Shown piece by piece: positions 40,388-52,300 of a DNA stretch of 64,000 nt (the stretch's first letter is position 1; every line of letters begins with the position of its first letter). The DNA comes from Monocercomonoides exilis PA203 (lineage: Eukaryota; Protista; Preaxostyla). Both the position numbers and the translations under genes were made by a program. Below the pieces are notes generated by a model. It worked only from the letters and a program-made list of their open reading frames with translations. It was not told where the DNA came from and made no database searches. The stretch covers positions 725,623 through 789,622 of the forward strand of contig LSRY02000047.1 in the NCBI GenBank assembly GCA_001643675.2. The letters run 5' to 3'.

Positions 40388-42625
40388 GTGCAATACGATT
40401 TGAGAAATTGCTCAGGAGAAATAATGGATGATAAAGAAAGAGAAAAAAAAAAGAAGAAGTCCTCAGAAATCGAGCTACAACACCACGAGGCAGTGAATGA
40501 GATGAGGGCACTGCGGTCGGTGCAAAGCGAACGGAAAAAAGGCAGAAGGAGAGAAGACGACAAGACAATCGAAGTGGCTTCGTGGAAGCAAACATAACAA
40601 GAAGTGGAAAAAAAGAATCTTGTTGACTAACTGTGGCTGTAGGAGGATGATGGAGAGGAGAAGCTGAAGACCGAAAAGCAGCAGATGCATGAGAAGAAGG
40701 AGATTGATACGAACCTGAAGCATTATATGTATAAACCTATGTTAAGGCACAATATTTTTGCACTTTCCAAAATGAAACTTACGTTACATTTGACTCACTT
40801 GTTGTCAATGCTATCGCTAACGATGATATTCTAAGAGGAATAGCGTTTTGAGGAGCAAATGAAAAAGCTGGTATGGAACAACGAAGAAAAGAGGAGAATG
40901 ATGATTGAGGAGCACAAACGAGAGATTATGCAGAGAGAGAATAAGGAGAAAGCAAAGAACGCAGAAAAGTCAAATACTTCAAAAATTATTGTCACAGTTC
41001 ATCCTTTTGCAGATGTGTCTCAGAAGTCGCAAACGGTAAAAGCAGCCCACAAGACATATAAGTGAACACCGTTTCTCATCCAACCTCGCTTCCATCCACT
41101 TTTTCAATTTTCAATATCATTAATGAGCAGCCAAGGCAACATCTTTCCTTAAAGGTGAAAAAACCAGTTTGGTCAACAAAATTCAACTTGTCAACTTTCA
41201 AGAGATAATCTCCCACGTGGACGAGCTTGTGTCCGTTATGAAGCAGTACCTGATACTATTCTATAAAATTTGTGGAACAGGAGAGGGCAAAGTGGACTGG
41301 AGAGTTATAAAAAGTGACAAGGAAGTTGAAGAGGTTCAGGAAAGAGCAGACAGAAAAGAAAAAGGAAAAACTTCATCCGGAGCTGAGGAAGCTGAATGAA
41401 GGAGAAAAGACAGGCGATAAGATGACTGCGAAGTTGAATTAGAAATCGGAGTTAAGGAGACGCATAGAAGAGAAAAAGAGAATTTTGAAGAAGGAGAACG
41501 AGTAGAGCAAAGGGTTTGTTCAGAACGATAAGCTGCCACAGTTTGTGAGCTCCCCGAACAGTAAAACTTCTCAGGCATATCCAATATCTTCTTCTTCTCC
41601 TTTTTCTTCTGCTGATGCTTCAAATTTGAGGTCATCAAAAACAAACATCTTCAAAAGTTTTCTGTTAATTTGATTGACTTTACAGTTTTTACGTATTTCT
41701 CATTATGACTGGATTTCAAAGGAGATGTGGCAAAGACAGACGAACAGAAATGTGAAATATGCGTGATTGGTTATATTAGCATTTTTTTGGAGTTGTCAAG
41801 TATAATTTTCGAAACTTTTTTTATTTTATATATATGTACTAAAGGATCAGAATATATTTGTTTTTCTTATTAGTAATTTTGTGCTTTCATGAAACAACTT
41901 AAATATTTGTTGTTTTCACTTTTCTTCTTCTTCTTCTTCTTTCTCATCCATGAACTTTTTTGACTCTTTTCAGAATATGCAATTTCACTATCTCATCTCC
42001 TGCGTGACATCTCAGCTATTCAAGCCGCTCTCAACACGCAAATTCGCTTCCTCTGCCCTTCCAACGAAGATACAATTTCACTTCCTTCTTTTCTCCAAAA
42101 ATAGAAAACAATAAAATTTTCAACAAACACTTCTTGGCCTTCTGCCACCAAAACTATTCATTTTCCAGGTGCAGATGAGCACACCACATGCACCACTTCC
42201 TTCTGTGATGATTCATGGAAACCATTGAAGAAGGGATGAAAGAGAGGCAGGGAGAGAAAGCGAGGAAGAAGAAAGGAGGCTTGAACAACCGGTTTGGCAG
42301 GATCTGCACTCAATATCATCGTTATTGATGCTTCTGGAGGTGTATCAAGGAAACCATGTGGAGCGGCTTGAAAAGAGAGAGAGAAAGCGAAAACAGAAAA
42401 ATTAAAGAAAGAGAAGAGGAAGAGAGAAGAGCAAAAAGATAAGGAATTTTAGGAAATAGCCCAGATGATGGAAAAGAAAAAGATTAGCAAGGAAAGCCAG
42501 AAGAGAAACATGAGAAAGAAGCGAAAGACAGAAAAGAAGAGAAGGCCAAGGAAGGCACTGAAGAAAAGAAGGAGAAGAAAAAAAGAGAGAGTGAGAGATA
42601 AAAGAAAAGAAAAAGAAATGTGATC
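40388..42625. pseudogene. Degenerate K/E-rich coding-like fragments inside element A
   Basis: Short purine-rich ORFs broken by stops; no domain recognised. Confidence 0.3.
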
Positions 42626-45600
42626 ATAAGGAGAACTTTATTTTTACTGTTAATGGAGTAAAATTATCTCAAAATGTCTCGCTTTGAAAAGAACTGTTTG
42701 CAATTAATTTATTAGATAAATTGAGAGTCAAATTCAACATTGTTACAATTTTTCTTTTGGACTTAGAAACACAGACAGATTATATTTTTTAAAAAAACAT
42801 GATTAACATTTTTAAACTGCGAATCAATAATTACTGTGAAGAATAAAATGCTAGTTTTAAAGAAAAGAAAAAATGAAAACGAGAAATATATGGAATTCAA
42901 TGAAACTTTTATAACAATAACATTCGGTTAAATGAGAGGATTATAAGATTTTAAACAACTGACACTCAAATTATTGCAAAGTTTGATACAATAATGGATA
43001 GTGTTGCTGCATATTTGAAACAAACAATAAAGTGATTTTGTTTTTCATTTTTGTTCACGATAATACAAAACAGTAACATTTGACAAAAATTTTCCAAATT
43101 GAAATGATTGCATTCTATTGGATAGCGCAACATCATCATAATAGATCATAAACATTCATGTAATATGTACGATCCGTAAAAGTTGTTTTTCATCAAAAAA
43201 GACAAATATCAAACAAGTTACGTTTTTTATAATGGTCATCAAATTATAATCATATAAAAACTATTTGTTTTTATAATTGTTGACTTGAAAGTTGATGATT
43301 GATATTATTCTTGATGCCTGAAAGCATTTTTGATGTTTGAAAACTGTTTTTTCATAATCTTAAACTTACCCCGAAAAAAAGTATGATCCCAAAAATAATT
43401 ACCCAAATAATAAGCAGGCTTTTGCGACAGACCGACATTTTATAAAACTACTCGACAAATCGACCGACTAAAAAATGAATTATGAAAACAAAAAAATTTT
43501 TTTCTATTTTTTTAGAAAAAAATATAATAAATAATTCTTAAAATACAAACTTATATTTCAAACAAATAGAAAATTATTTTAAAATATTTTTTTATTTATT
43601 GTGAAAAAATTCGACAAAGATCAGTCAATCTACAAAGATCAGTTGGTCGAAAAAATCTGTCTGTCAACGATCAATCTGTCGAATATTTCAAAAAAATACA
43701 AACACATTTATTACTAGAGATGCAGTCCCACTATATTTTATGCTGTATAAATTTAGTGATAGATGAAGTGAAAAGATAAAGATTGTTAACATAAATGATT
43801 ATTCATTGCATAATTTTATTTTATCATGTTAATAAAAATTGATTCACTTATCATTCATTCTATAATCAAATAAACCTTTCAAGATTCTGAGACATGGCAT
43901 ATCACATTTTATGCTTTTTAATTTTAGATGAGATATCAAGGAAATCTTCTGTCTCGTTTGGAAAAATTGGTTTGTAGCTTTTTCTTATTAAGAAAGAGAT
44001 TGATATGAAAGTTAAATTATTTATTAAAATTTCCAGGCCTGACAGAATTGCATTCAGTTTTGATTAAAACAAAATTCGTTTAAAGCAATTTATTGAGAAT
44101 GTAGAAGTTTTTGACTCACGAATTGTTTTAAGATTAACCTTCTTCTTTTTCATAGTTCCTTCTATTCATATGCATGAAATTTTACACCCAACTTGTTTGT
44201 TATGTGTTTGTGCAAAGGGACATGAAGGCATGACAAAGTCTGTTTAAACCAATTTATTTTGCCAGAAAAGAAAGAAAAAGAAAGTTTGTGATTTATCGAA
44301 TATTCATAAAAAAATGATTTTTTTGTAATGCTTGTTTACCTCAAATTTGTTAGTTTTGCGTTGGCATTTCATAGATTTTTAGTAACTTCAAGATATTCAA
44401 CGTTGTCTAAGTTGCGTCTATTTGTTCTTTAAATAGTGTTATGATTTTATCTTGACCTTTTTTCTTTATCAAGACCTTTTTCTTTTTTGCCATGCCAACA
44501 GCTGTACACAAGCCTGTGATAAATAAATGATTATCAGAAATGTTTGAAATGTGTTTATTTCCTTATTCAGATTATTTTTTTTGAATATTTCATGTTTCAC
44601 AAAAAGATCGAGGATGATAATAATTTTATGTTTTGATCATTGGCTTGCTGCTTTTCCAGTGAAAATTTTTTATCGGAAGTTTTAAGCTTTCATATCATAA
44701 CACATAGTTTATTGTTTATATGATTTAGTTGTTTTAAACTATCTCAACTTGTTTTTTTATCATTTTTTCTCATTTCACACATTTTTTCAAAAAACACGAT
44801 TTTGAGGACACATTTGAATTTGTTTTGAAATTTATTGAAATGATAAATAAACAATATTAAAATTAAACGATTCTTGTATGTTAAAATGATTATTTGTTTG
44901 TATATGTTTAGTGGGAAAAAAAAAGATATAAACATGCTTTTCAGTTTAAATTCTTAAAAATTTCCTTTTCATTTCAATGCATAATACAAATAAACGATTA
45001 ATGAGACTTTATATATTTATTCATTTTAATAAAAATTGACATAAACACTTGTTTATATAAAAAATCGTGTTTTATACAAAAACAGTAAAATGAGAAAAAA
45101 AGGTCAAATATTAAACTAAACAAGTTTATAACAAGTTAAAATAATAATATATGAACGTAGAATTGTGATGTTATGGCTTAATACGTTCTGTACAAAATGT
45201 TCTCTTCATGGCCAGCAAATCTTTAATCTTGGTACTAAAATATAAATTATTACAACAATTTATATGCACAAAAAATTTACAAAAAATTAAATAACAGAAA
45301 GTTGTAAATAATTGTGATAAAATTGTTTATTTATTTATTTTTTGTTTAAAACCTTTGCTAAGCTCGAAAAAATCTTCAGAAAGTTTCAAAAAAAAGTATT
45401 GAAATGAAATTTTGAGGTCAAGATAACTTGTGCACCGTATGCCAAAAGAAATAATCTTTAGTCAAGAAAAAATGAAGAAAATTGCTTGATTCTTTTTTTA
45501 TTAGCGATTCTTAGAGAAAAGAACGCGAGAAGAGATAAAGAAAAGAAGAGAGTTCAAAATGGAAAGTGGAATTTTCGAACAAAAAAAAAGAAGAATCAGC

Positions 45601-45872
45601 GACTAAATCGGACGAACTCAAAAGTTTGCTATTCGAAATATATTATTCTTTTATATTGTATTTTGCACTTTTTTTCATTTCGATTTTTTGGAATCAATTG
45701 AATAATTATTATGAATGTAATTTCATTTTACTTTGGAAAGGTTTATCTTTTTATTATTTTTGAACAAAAACATTTAAAGAATAAACAATAATTGGAAAGC
45801 ATTCATAAACAGAAAAGTTTCTGAAGAAATACTCATGAAAATTTACAGTGGAGTGCAAAACCTGCACTTGTT

Positions 45873-46169
45873 CATAAACCCGCACACTTGACATTTTCTT
45901 TCGAAATGCTCTTCCACTTTTATATATGTGAAAGCGTTTGGCATTTTGATGCCACCTGCAACTTTTTTTTGTCCAATTTTTAGTATTTCGAATGAAAAAT
46001 CAAAAATAAAAATTCTGATCAGATCAGAATTTTTATTTTTGATTTTTCATTCGAAATACTAAAAATTGGACAAAAAAAAGTTGCAGGTGGCATCAAAATG
46101 CCAAACGCTTTCACATATATAAAAGTGGAAGAGCATTTCGAAAGAAAATGTCAAGTGTGCGGGTTTATG
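45873..46169. repeat. Perfect palindrome: 148-bp arms with a 1-nt spacer at 46021
   Basis: 45873-46020 is the exact reverse complement of 46022-46169 (centre TTCTGATC-A-GATCAGAA). Confidence 0.95.
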
Positions 46170-46348
46170 CACATACTATTATATCCTTATAAGGTTACAT
46201 AGATCTGTGAACACCACATATCATCACCTCTTGTTTTTCTGATGCTCTGTGGTATTCAAAACAAGTTTCTATTATGTTGAAATTACAAAATTTTATTATT
46301 AACAAAGTATTTCAAAAGCAACAACATTAAAGCGAAAACACTCACACA

Positions 46349-46930
46349 TCATAATCCCGATCGAAAATGCAACAGATTCCTTTTTTTTTCTCCCATCTTT
46401 TTGTTCATCAGCAGCTCTGGCGCCTTCCATCTCAGGAACTCTTCTTTGAAGTTATCCTTATATTCAAAAATAGATGAGGGCTGAGAGTCATCATCCTCAT
46501 CATAGCTGGCAGATGTCACAAGTTGATGCCCAGATGGATGAAACATCCGAATCATCGTCAGAAGAGCAGTCGGAGTGCATCATAATGCAGATCATCATGT
46601 GCATTGAGAACAGCACAACAAGCGAACTAAGATTGTTCAATGACTGAAGCTCATTCGTCATTTCGTCAAATGAGTGAATTGTAACATTCGCCACCCAGTA
46701 CAGAATCTGTGCAGCTGTCAGTTCTCGCTCCTTCAAAGAGCCAATCGCCATTTCTTTCTTTTCATTCCTTCAATGAAGCAGTCTGAACATCAAAATACTG
46801 AAATCAACAATCAACTTCATAAAAAATCAACGAACAAGATCCCACATCTTCAAGGCTTATCAATGAAAAAATTGCTGGATGCAAAGTCTCGATGTGAGTA
46901 ATAATTTGTTCTTAATCAAAGTATTTCAAG
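46349..46930 (-). pseudogene. Degenerate protein-kinase-like fragment
   Basis: Frameshifted ORFs with LNNLSSLVVLFS (catalytic-loop-like position) and FLRWKAPELL (subdomain VIII RW.APE). Confidence 0.55.
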
Positions 46931-49323
46931 CAGTGTATCTCATCTGAAATATTAAAAAAAAATTACCAAATATCCGCAATTCGCAAGCTAGGTTAAAAAA
47001 AGTCAAAACAAACATTTTGTTTTTAATCAATCATTAATATTTTGTAAAGATGATATCTTTCAATTTTCCTCATAACTCTTCTCATTTGAACGAAAGATAA
47101 TTCAACAAATGTTAAAATTTCACACATAACACGTTCTTTTCGCATACAATTTCACAGTTTCCTTATGCTTTTCTGGGATCCTCATATATGTTTTATTCAA
47201 CATTTTAATTGGTTTTTATTAATCAAATATTCAATGAAAATAATTAAATAACAATTGCAAACATTGGTTAAATGATTTTTTTAGCTTTTGTTTCCTTCAT
47301 TAATCCTCCCATCCACCAAGTTTGATTCATGGTTTTGTTTTTTCGAAAAGTTTCCTTTGAACCTTTGAATATTGCGAGTGTGAAGAACGAAATGACATTC
47401 GTAAATTTTCTTTTTTCTTTTTTCCAATTGTTTTTTGCGCGTTATTATTCTTGAATTGAATATAACACATCTTCAAAAAATCATTCAATTGAAAGACAGA
47501 ATAATATTCATTATTTCAAAATTTTGTTTTCTAAGGTTAAAGATAATAATATAATAATGTCTTTAAAAAAAAATTTTTTTTTCTTGATAATCAAGAAGCA
47601 AATGATAATAACAAAAAATACATTCAAAATATTTGTGAAACGTGCTGTTGACAACATTTTCCAAATGAAGTGCTATCTTCAAGACAATATTCAAAATTGA
47701 TCTGACTCATAATTTATTTTTTCAATGAATAATTATTTACGAAATTAAAGAAGTTTTATTTTGAAATGATATAACAACATTAATAAGATAATATTCATAT
47801 AGAAAAAGCCATTGAATTTTTTATCAGTTTTTTTAAAAAAAGAACTATTTATAAAAAAAAAAAACCTACACAAATTTTGTGTTTCGACCGACATTCATCG
47901 CCTTGACTTTTCTTGTTGCGAAGGCCTAATAATAACTGTGAAATTTGTTTAAGTGATTTGTTGGTTTTTATGGAAATGACACATTTCGGAAAAATTGAAA
48001 AATATCAAAATTGAAATTGATAAAGAAAAAGATAATAAACACATTGAGTCACAAACACGGAACAAGCATAAATTTTTGCTTTTATTAAGCTTTTCTGTTC
48101 TTTCACAATAGGTGGACATAACCTTAAATAAATATAATTTTCTATGAAAATCATAATAATTGTGAATTGATAATTTGTTTTATACCTCTGTGACATGACA
48201 GGAGAAAATTGAAAAAATGACAAAATAACTGACAAGATATTTAGGACTTGTCAAAAAGGGTTATATATAATGATTTCATAATTCTTAATTACTATAATAA
48301 TTTATTTGAAAATCTTCATGAAATAATTCTTATTATTTTGTAAAAATTAAAATTAAAATAAAATGATCAGGTTCCCAATATTTATTTTATTTGACACGAA
48401 ATGTCAGTTGAGGAATATTTTTGTTACAATTTGTCATTGACAATCACTGACAGTCACTGACATAAAAGAAAAAACGACAAGATATTACAGATGCTATCAA
48501 TAAATCTTTTCCATAGTGCTTTGAAAAGTCTTTTGAAGTTTTTGCAATAGTTTATTTTATATTAATTTTTAAAAAAATACATACATACATACATATATAT
48601 ATTTATTTATTTGTGACAGACGAGGCTTCAAGTTATTTGTCAGGACACAGAGGTATAATTTGTTTAAAAACTTCTTAACGTCTTGTGAAAAACCCTAATA
48701 ATAATTTTGTCAATAATTTTTTGAAGTATATGGGTGATTTTTTTTGATATCATAAAAAAAGATCAAAAATCGAAAAAATAAAATATATTGTGGTATTCAT
48801 TGATCAAAGAGTTAATTTGATTTTTAGCAAGTGTGAAGCTTTTATTCTGTGATAAATATTTGTTTTATTTATAAGACCAAAAAAACATACCTATTTAACA
48901 TTTTTTACGAAAAACGATTTTTTGATCAAGTTTAATAAAAATGAACCTAAAAATTAATAAAGTTTAATCAACAAAACAAATTTAAAAGTGAAAAAAGATA
49001 CTTAACCTGTTAAACAAAGCTGATAAAATGGAAAAAATATTTAAAGAACTTAAAAAAATGCAACAAATTTGTGAATTTTTATTTTTCTGTGGAAAAAGAA
49101 ATGTGCTTTTCATCAATCTAGCTGAAATCTCTTCAAAAAATTTCTATATCTGCTGATCTGCTCAACAGATTCTGCAAACGAAGATTGTATTATTCAGGAA
49201 ACTACAGTTAATAAAAATAATTGACTCTGTCCTTCACTTCTCTTTTTATTCTTTATTTAAAAATACAGGTTTTATTTTTTTCTCGATTCACTACATGGTT
49301 TCCTATCATTTCAACTCGACATT

Positions 49324-52300
49324 TTAAAATTCTCCCTTCGTTAACTTCGTGCTTTTCCTAAGTTCCTGCTCTTGTTGCTTTGTGAAGAAATCAACATTGA
49401 ATTCGCCTGAGCCATCATTCGTTTTTTGTTTATGCCATTTCTTTCCCTTTTTCATCATCATCTTCCTCTTTCTCTTGATCATCCTTTTCTTTCGTTTTTG
49501 CTTCCTCCTCATTTCACTCTCTCTCCATCATCGCTCTCATCTCTCCCTATGGCAACGATATCTTTCACTAAACAAGCTACTCGCTTTGATGATCAAAATT
49601 GATGGCCTTCCGCTCTTCTTCCAAACCTTCTATCTTCTCTTTCTCTTCCTTCGGCTCTCAGCATCAGCAGCAATTAAACACTGGCATGCTTAGTTCTTCC
49701 CTCCCTTGTGGAGTTTGACACGTTCTGAATACTTTTCCCTTTCCCTTCTGATCCCACTGCTCTCTCCCATGCTCGCTCTCAGAGTCGTTTAGCAGCGCTT
49801 CATCGAAGCTTCCTGGATCGTTCATAATATGTATTTAATTGGCTAGTCTGTGGCGTTATCAATCAGCAAAAATTCAGATTGTGGAATAAGTTGCAGCTTG
49901 GGAAAAGAAGAAGAGGAAGGGAATGAAGGAGAAGGAGCAAATGGTTGAGGAATTGATTATTCCCTCTTTCAAATACGATTCTGAAAGAAGAAAGTTATAC
50001 TGAAGATTGAGGAGAGCGTTTGGTAGCACAGAAATAACTGCTCTGCTGTGCTCGCTGGAATATGTTGTGACGTGGCTGTTTTGCGCTGCATTCTACTGAG
50101 GTGGAGAAGCTGTGTGCGTTCTTCAGGCAGTGGGTGGAGCATGTAATGGTGGGACCGGTATGGCAATTGAATTGGTACTGAGGCAATCGATGGAATATGC
50201 AGCAAAGGTGAGCACAGGAAAGAACGCAGTCGATACAAAGTGGGCGAATGACCTTGTGTGCGAGGAGAAGACGGACATGAACACCAATCTTCTTCTTCTT
50301 TTTTTCATCTCTTTCGTTACACTCTCCTTTTCTTCATCCTCATCATCATCATCCTCCTCCGTATTTTCTCCTGTTCTTCTTTTTCCCAACAGGTGCATAC
50401 AGATTAAGCAAAGCACAAGCAGTCATTATTTTCGCTATGTCAGTCGTTGTTGGTGAAGCCGGTAATCCTGCAAGATTCGACCCAACACCTCAGCTCAGCA
50501 AACAACGCAGCAGCTCTTCCATCGTAACTGTTGGTTCATTGTTCGCTTCATTATCCTTCTCGTTTCTCTTCTTCTTCTTCTTCTTCATCCAGCCCTCTTC
50601 CTTCAGCAAGCGCCTCTATGATTTCCGACGCTGTTGTTCCGCACAATTGCCTGTGGCGAGAACATCAGCTCGACAAGCTCGTTAAACAGCGCCTTGTCGA
50701 GTGAATTGGCAAACAGCTTGAACGACTTGGTGGTCAGCGAGAGAAGAATAGAAGAGGCCTTGTCGATGAATTCAGTGCATGGTGAGTACAGCAAGCGGAG
50801 GATGAGCTGGAGAATGCCTTTGCGCAGGAACACAGAGTGGAACACAGCACCGTTGGTGATGAACTTGTTGGTTACACGAAGAGAAGAAGAGACAAGGGGG
50901 TACCAGTGGAAACTGGATGTGAATATATTTGTGTATTTGTGAATAATGAAACGAACGAGCGAAAAAGTGGGTGTAAAAAGGAAGAAAGAAAAAGAATTCG
51001 AAAAGAAAGAAAGAAAATTTTGTGAAATGAAATTTCAATTAATAGTTTCTGGCAAACCTCATGAAACTGATCAATTGCTTTGCAACAGCGTCATTCAGCA
51101 AATAACCTTTATTCACTTAGCAAGACAATTGAAAAATCATAGATATTATTCCACAATCATAACTATTCATCATTTGAGAGTGAACAAAAAATTGTGATTA
51201 AGATAAATATATGAAAAGCAAAGTCCAGATTAACAAATATAAATGAATCAATTAATCAAATATATTTTATTTTATAGAAAAATTCAAAATTTCCATACAA
51301 TTCTGGTTCGCTATGTGGGTCATTGCGTTTAGTCCCCTCAGCCTGTGGATGTCGTCGAAGCCGCAGACCATTAACTGTTAAATAGAAAACGCACAGCGCA
51401 GCGAAGGTGGAACATCCATCGACAGAAAAGCGCTGCAAACGACACTGGCACATAGATTAATCACATTCTATTGCTTCACTTTGAACGAACGCCCTAAGCT
51501 GTGCTTGATGGATGGCAGGTTGGCTGGGAAAAGAGAAAAGGAAGAAGAAGAAGAAGAAGAAGAAGGTAGTGGTGATGATGGTGATGAAATGGGAAAAGAA
51601 GAAGAAGTGAATGAAGATGATTTGTTAGTAGATGCAAACGTTGAGAAAGTGATCGCGTTTCGATAAGTTGCTGCTGAATACTTCTTGGATTTTTGATTTC
51701 TAGCTGAAAAGCTGAGAAAAGCGTGGTTTCAATCGACACGGGCTTATTCTTCCTCTGATCCCATTCTATTTTTTTCTTTTGAGCCCCTTTCTTTATGAGT
51801 CTTTATAATATCTCTGCCAAATCCATCTTCTTTCCCTTCTCCTCTTTCTCCTCCTTCTCCCCACCCACCAAAATCCCCTAGCCAGCCACATACGCTCCAT
51901 AGTTCAGAAAGATGCTCTGTGGCTCAAACACATCCCTCGTCGCTGACACGCTGCTGCTTGCAAACACACCTGCATTACCCAATCTGCTCTTCCCGAGAAT
52001 CGCACGAGGGATCGGCACAGTCACAAGCGGAGGCAGCGAGAAGGATGAAATAGAAGAAGAAAGAGAGGAAGAAGACATGTTTGATAAAGAGGCAGCGCTT
52101 GTGCAAGATTTGTAGAGGGAATTCTGTGTGAGAGAAGAGGGGTCTGTGGAAGGAGATGAAGGCTTGAAGAGATACAGCGGAGTTCCAACAAGACAGAAGG
52201 GGCAGACAATTGTGTGTGGCAAGCGGAAAAAAAAGGAGCAGCAAATTTCTCAGAGGCTGTGACGTTTTGAGTGAACAGTGGGAAGATGAGAGTGTGCTGC

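Larger units (their letters stand above)
26570..43404. mobile_element. Element A: 16.8-kb Sola2-like DNA transposon with cargo
   Basis: TIRs 26570-26598 (GGGTAATTCTTTTTGGGATCATACTTTTT) and 43376-43404 match at 28/29 nt. Termini are GGG...CCC, with an identical AAAT 4-bp flank at 26566-26569 and 43405-43408. The interval encloses a Sola2-like transposase gene. Confidence 0.82.

Noticed and set aside
38940-43370. A Fanzor/TnpB gene that would explain the structured RNA as an omega RNA
   Set aside because: No RuvC motifs or terminal zinc finger with RD.NAA were found in either element.
48040-48630. Cluster of TGACA/TGTCA motifs
   Set aside because: Spacing is irregular, with no definable unit, ends or TSD. 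It is not a CRISPR-like array.
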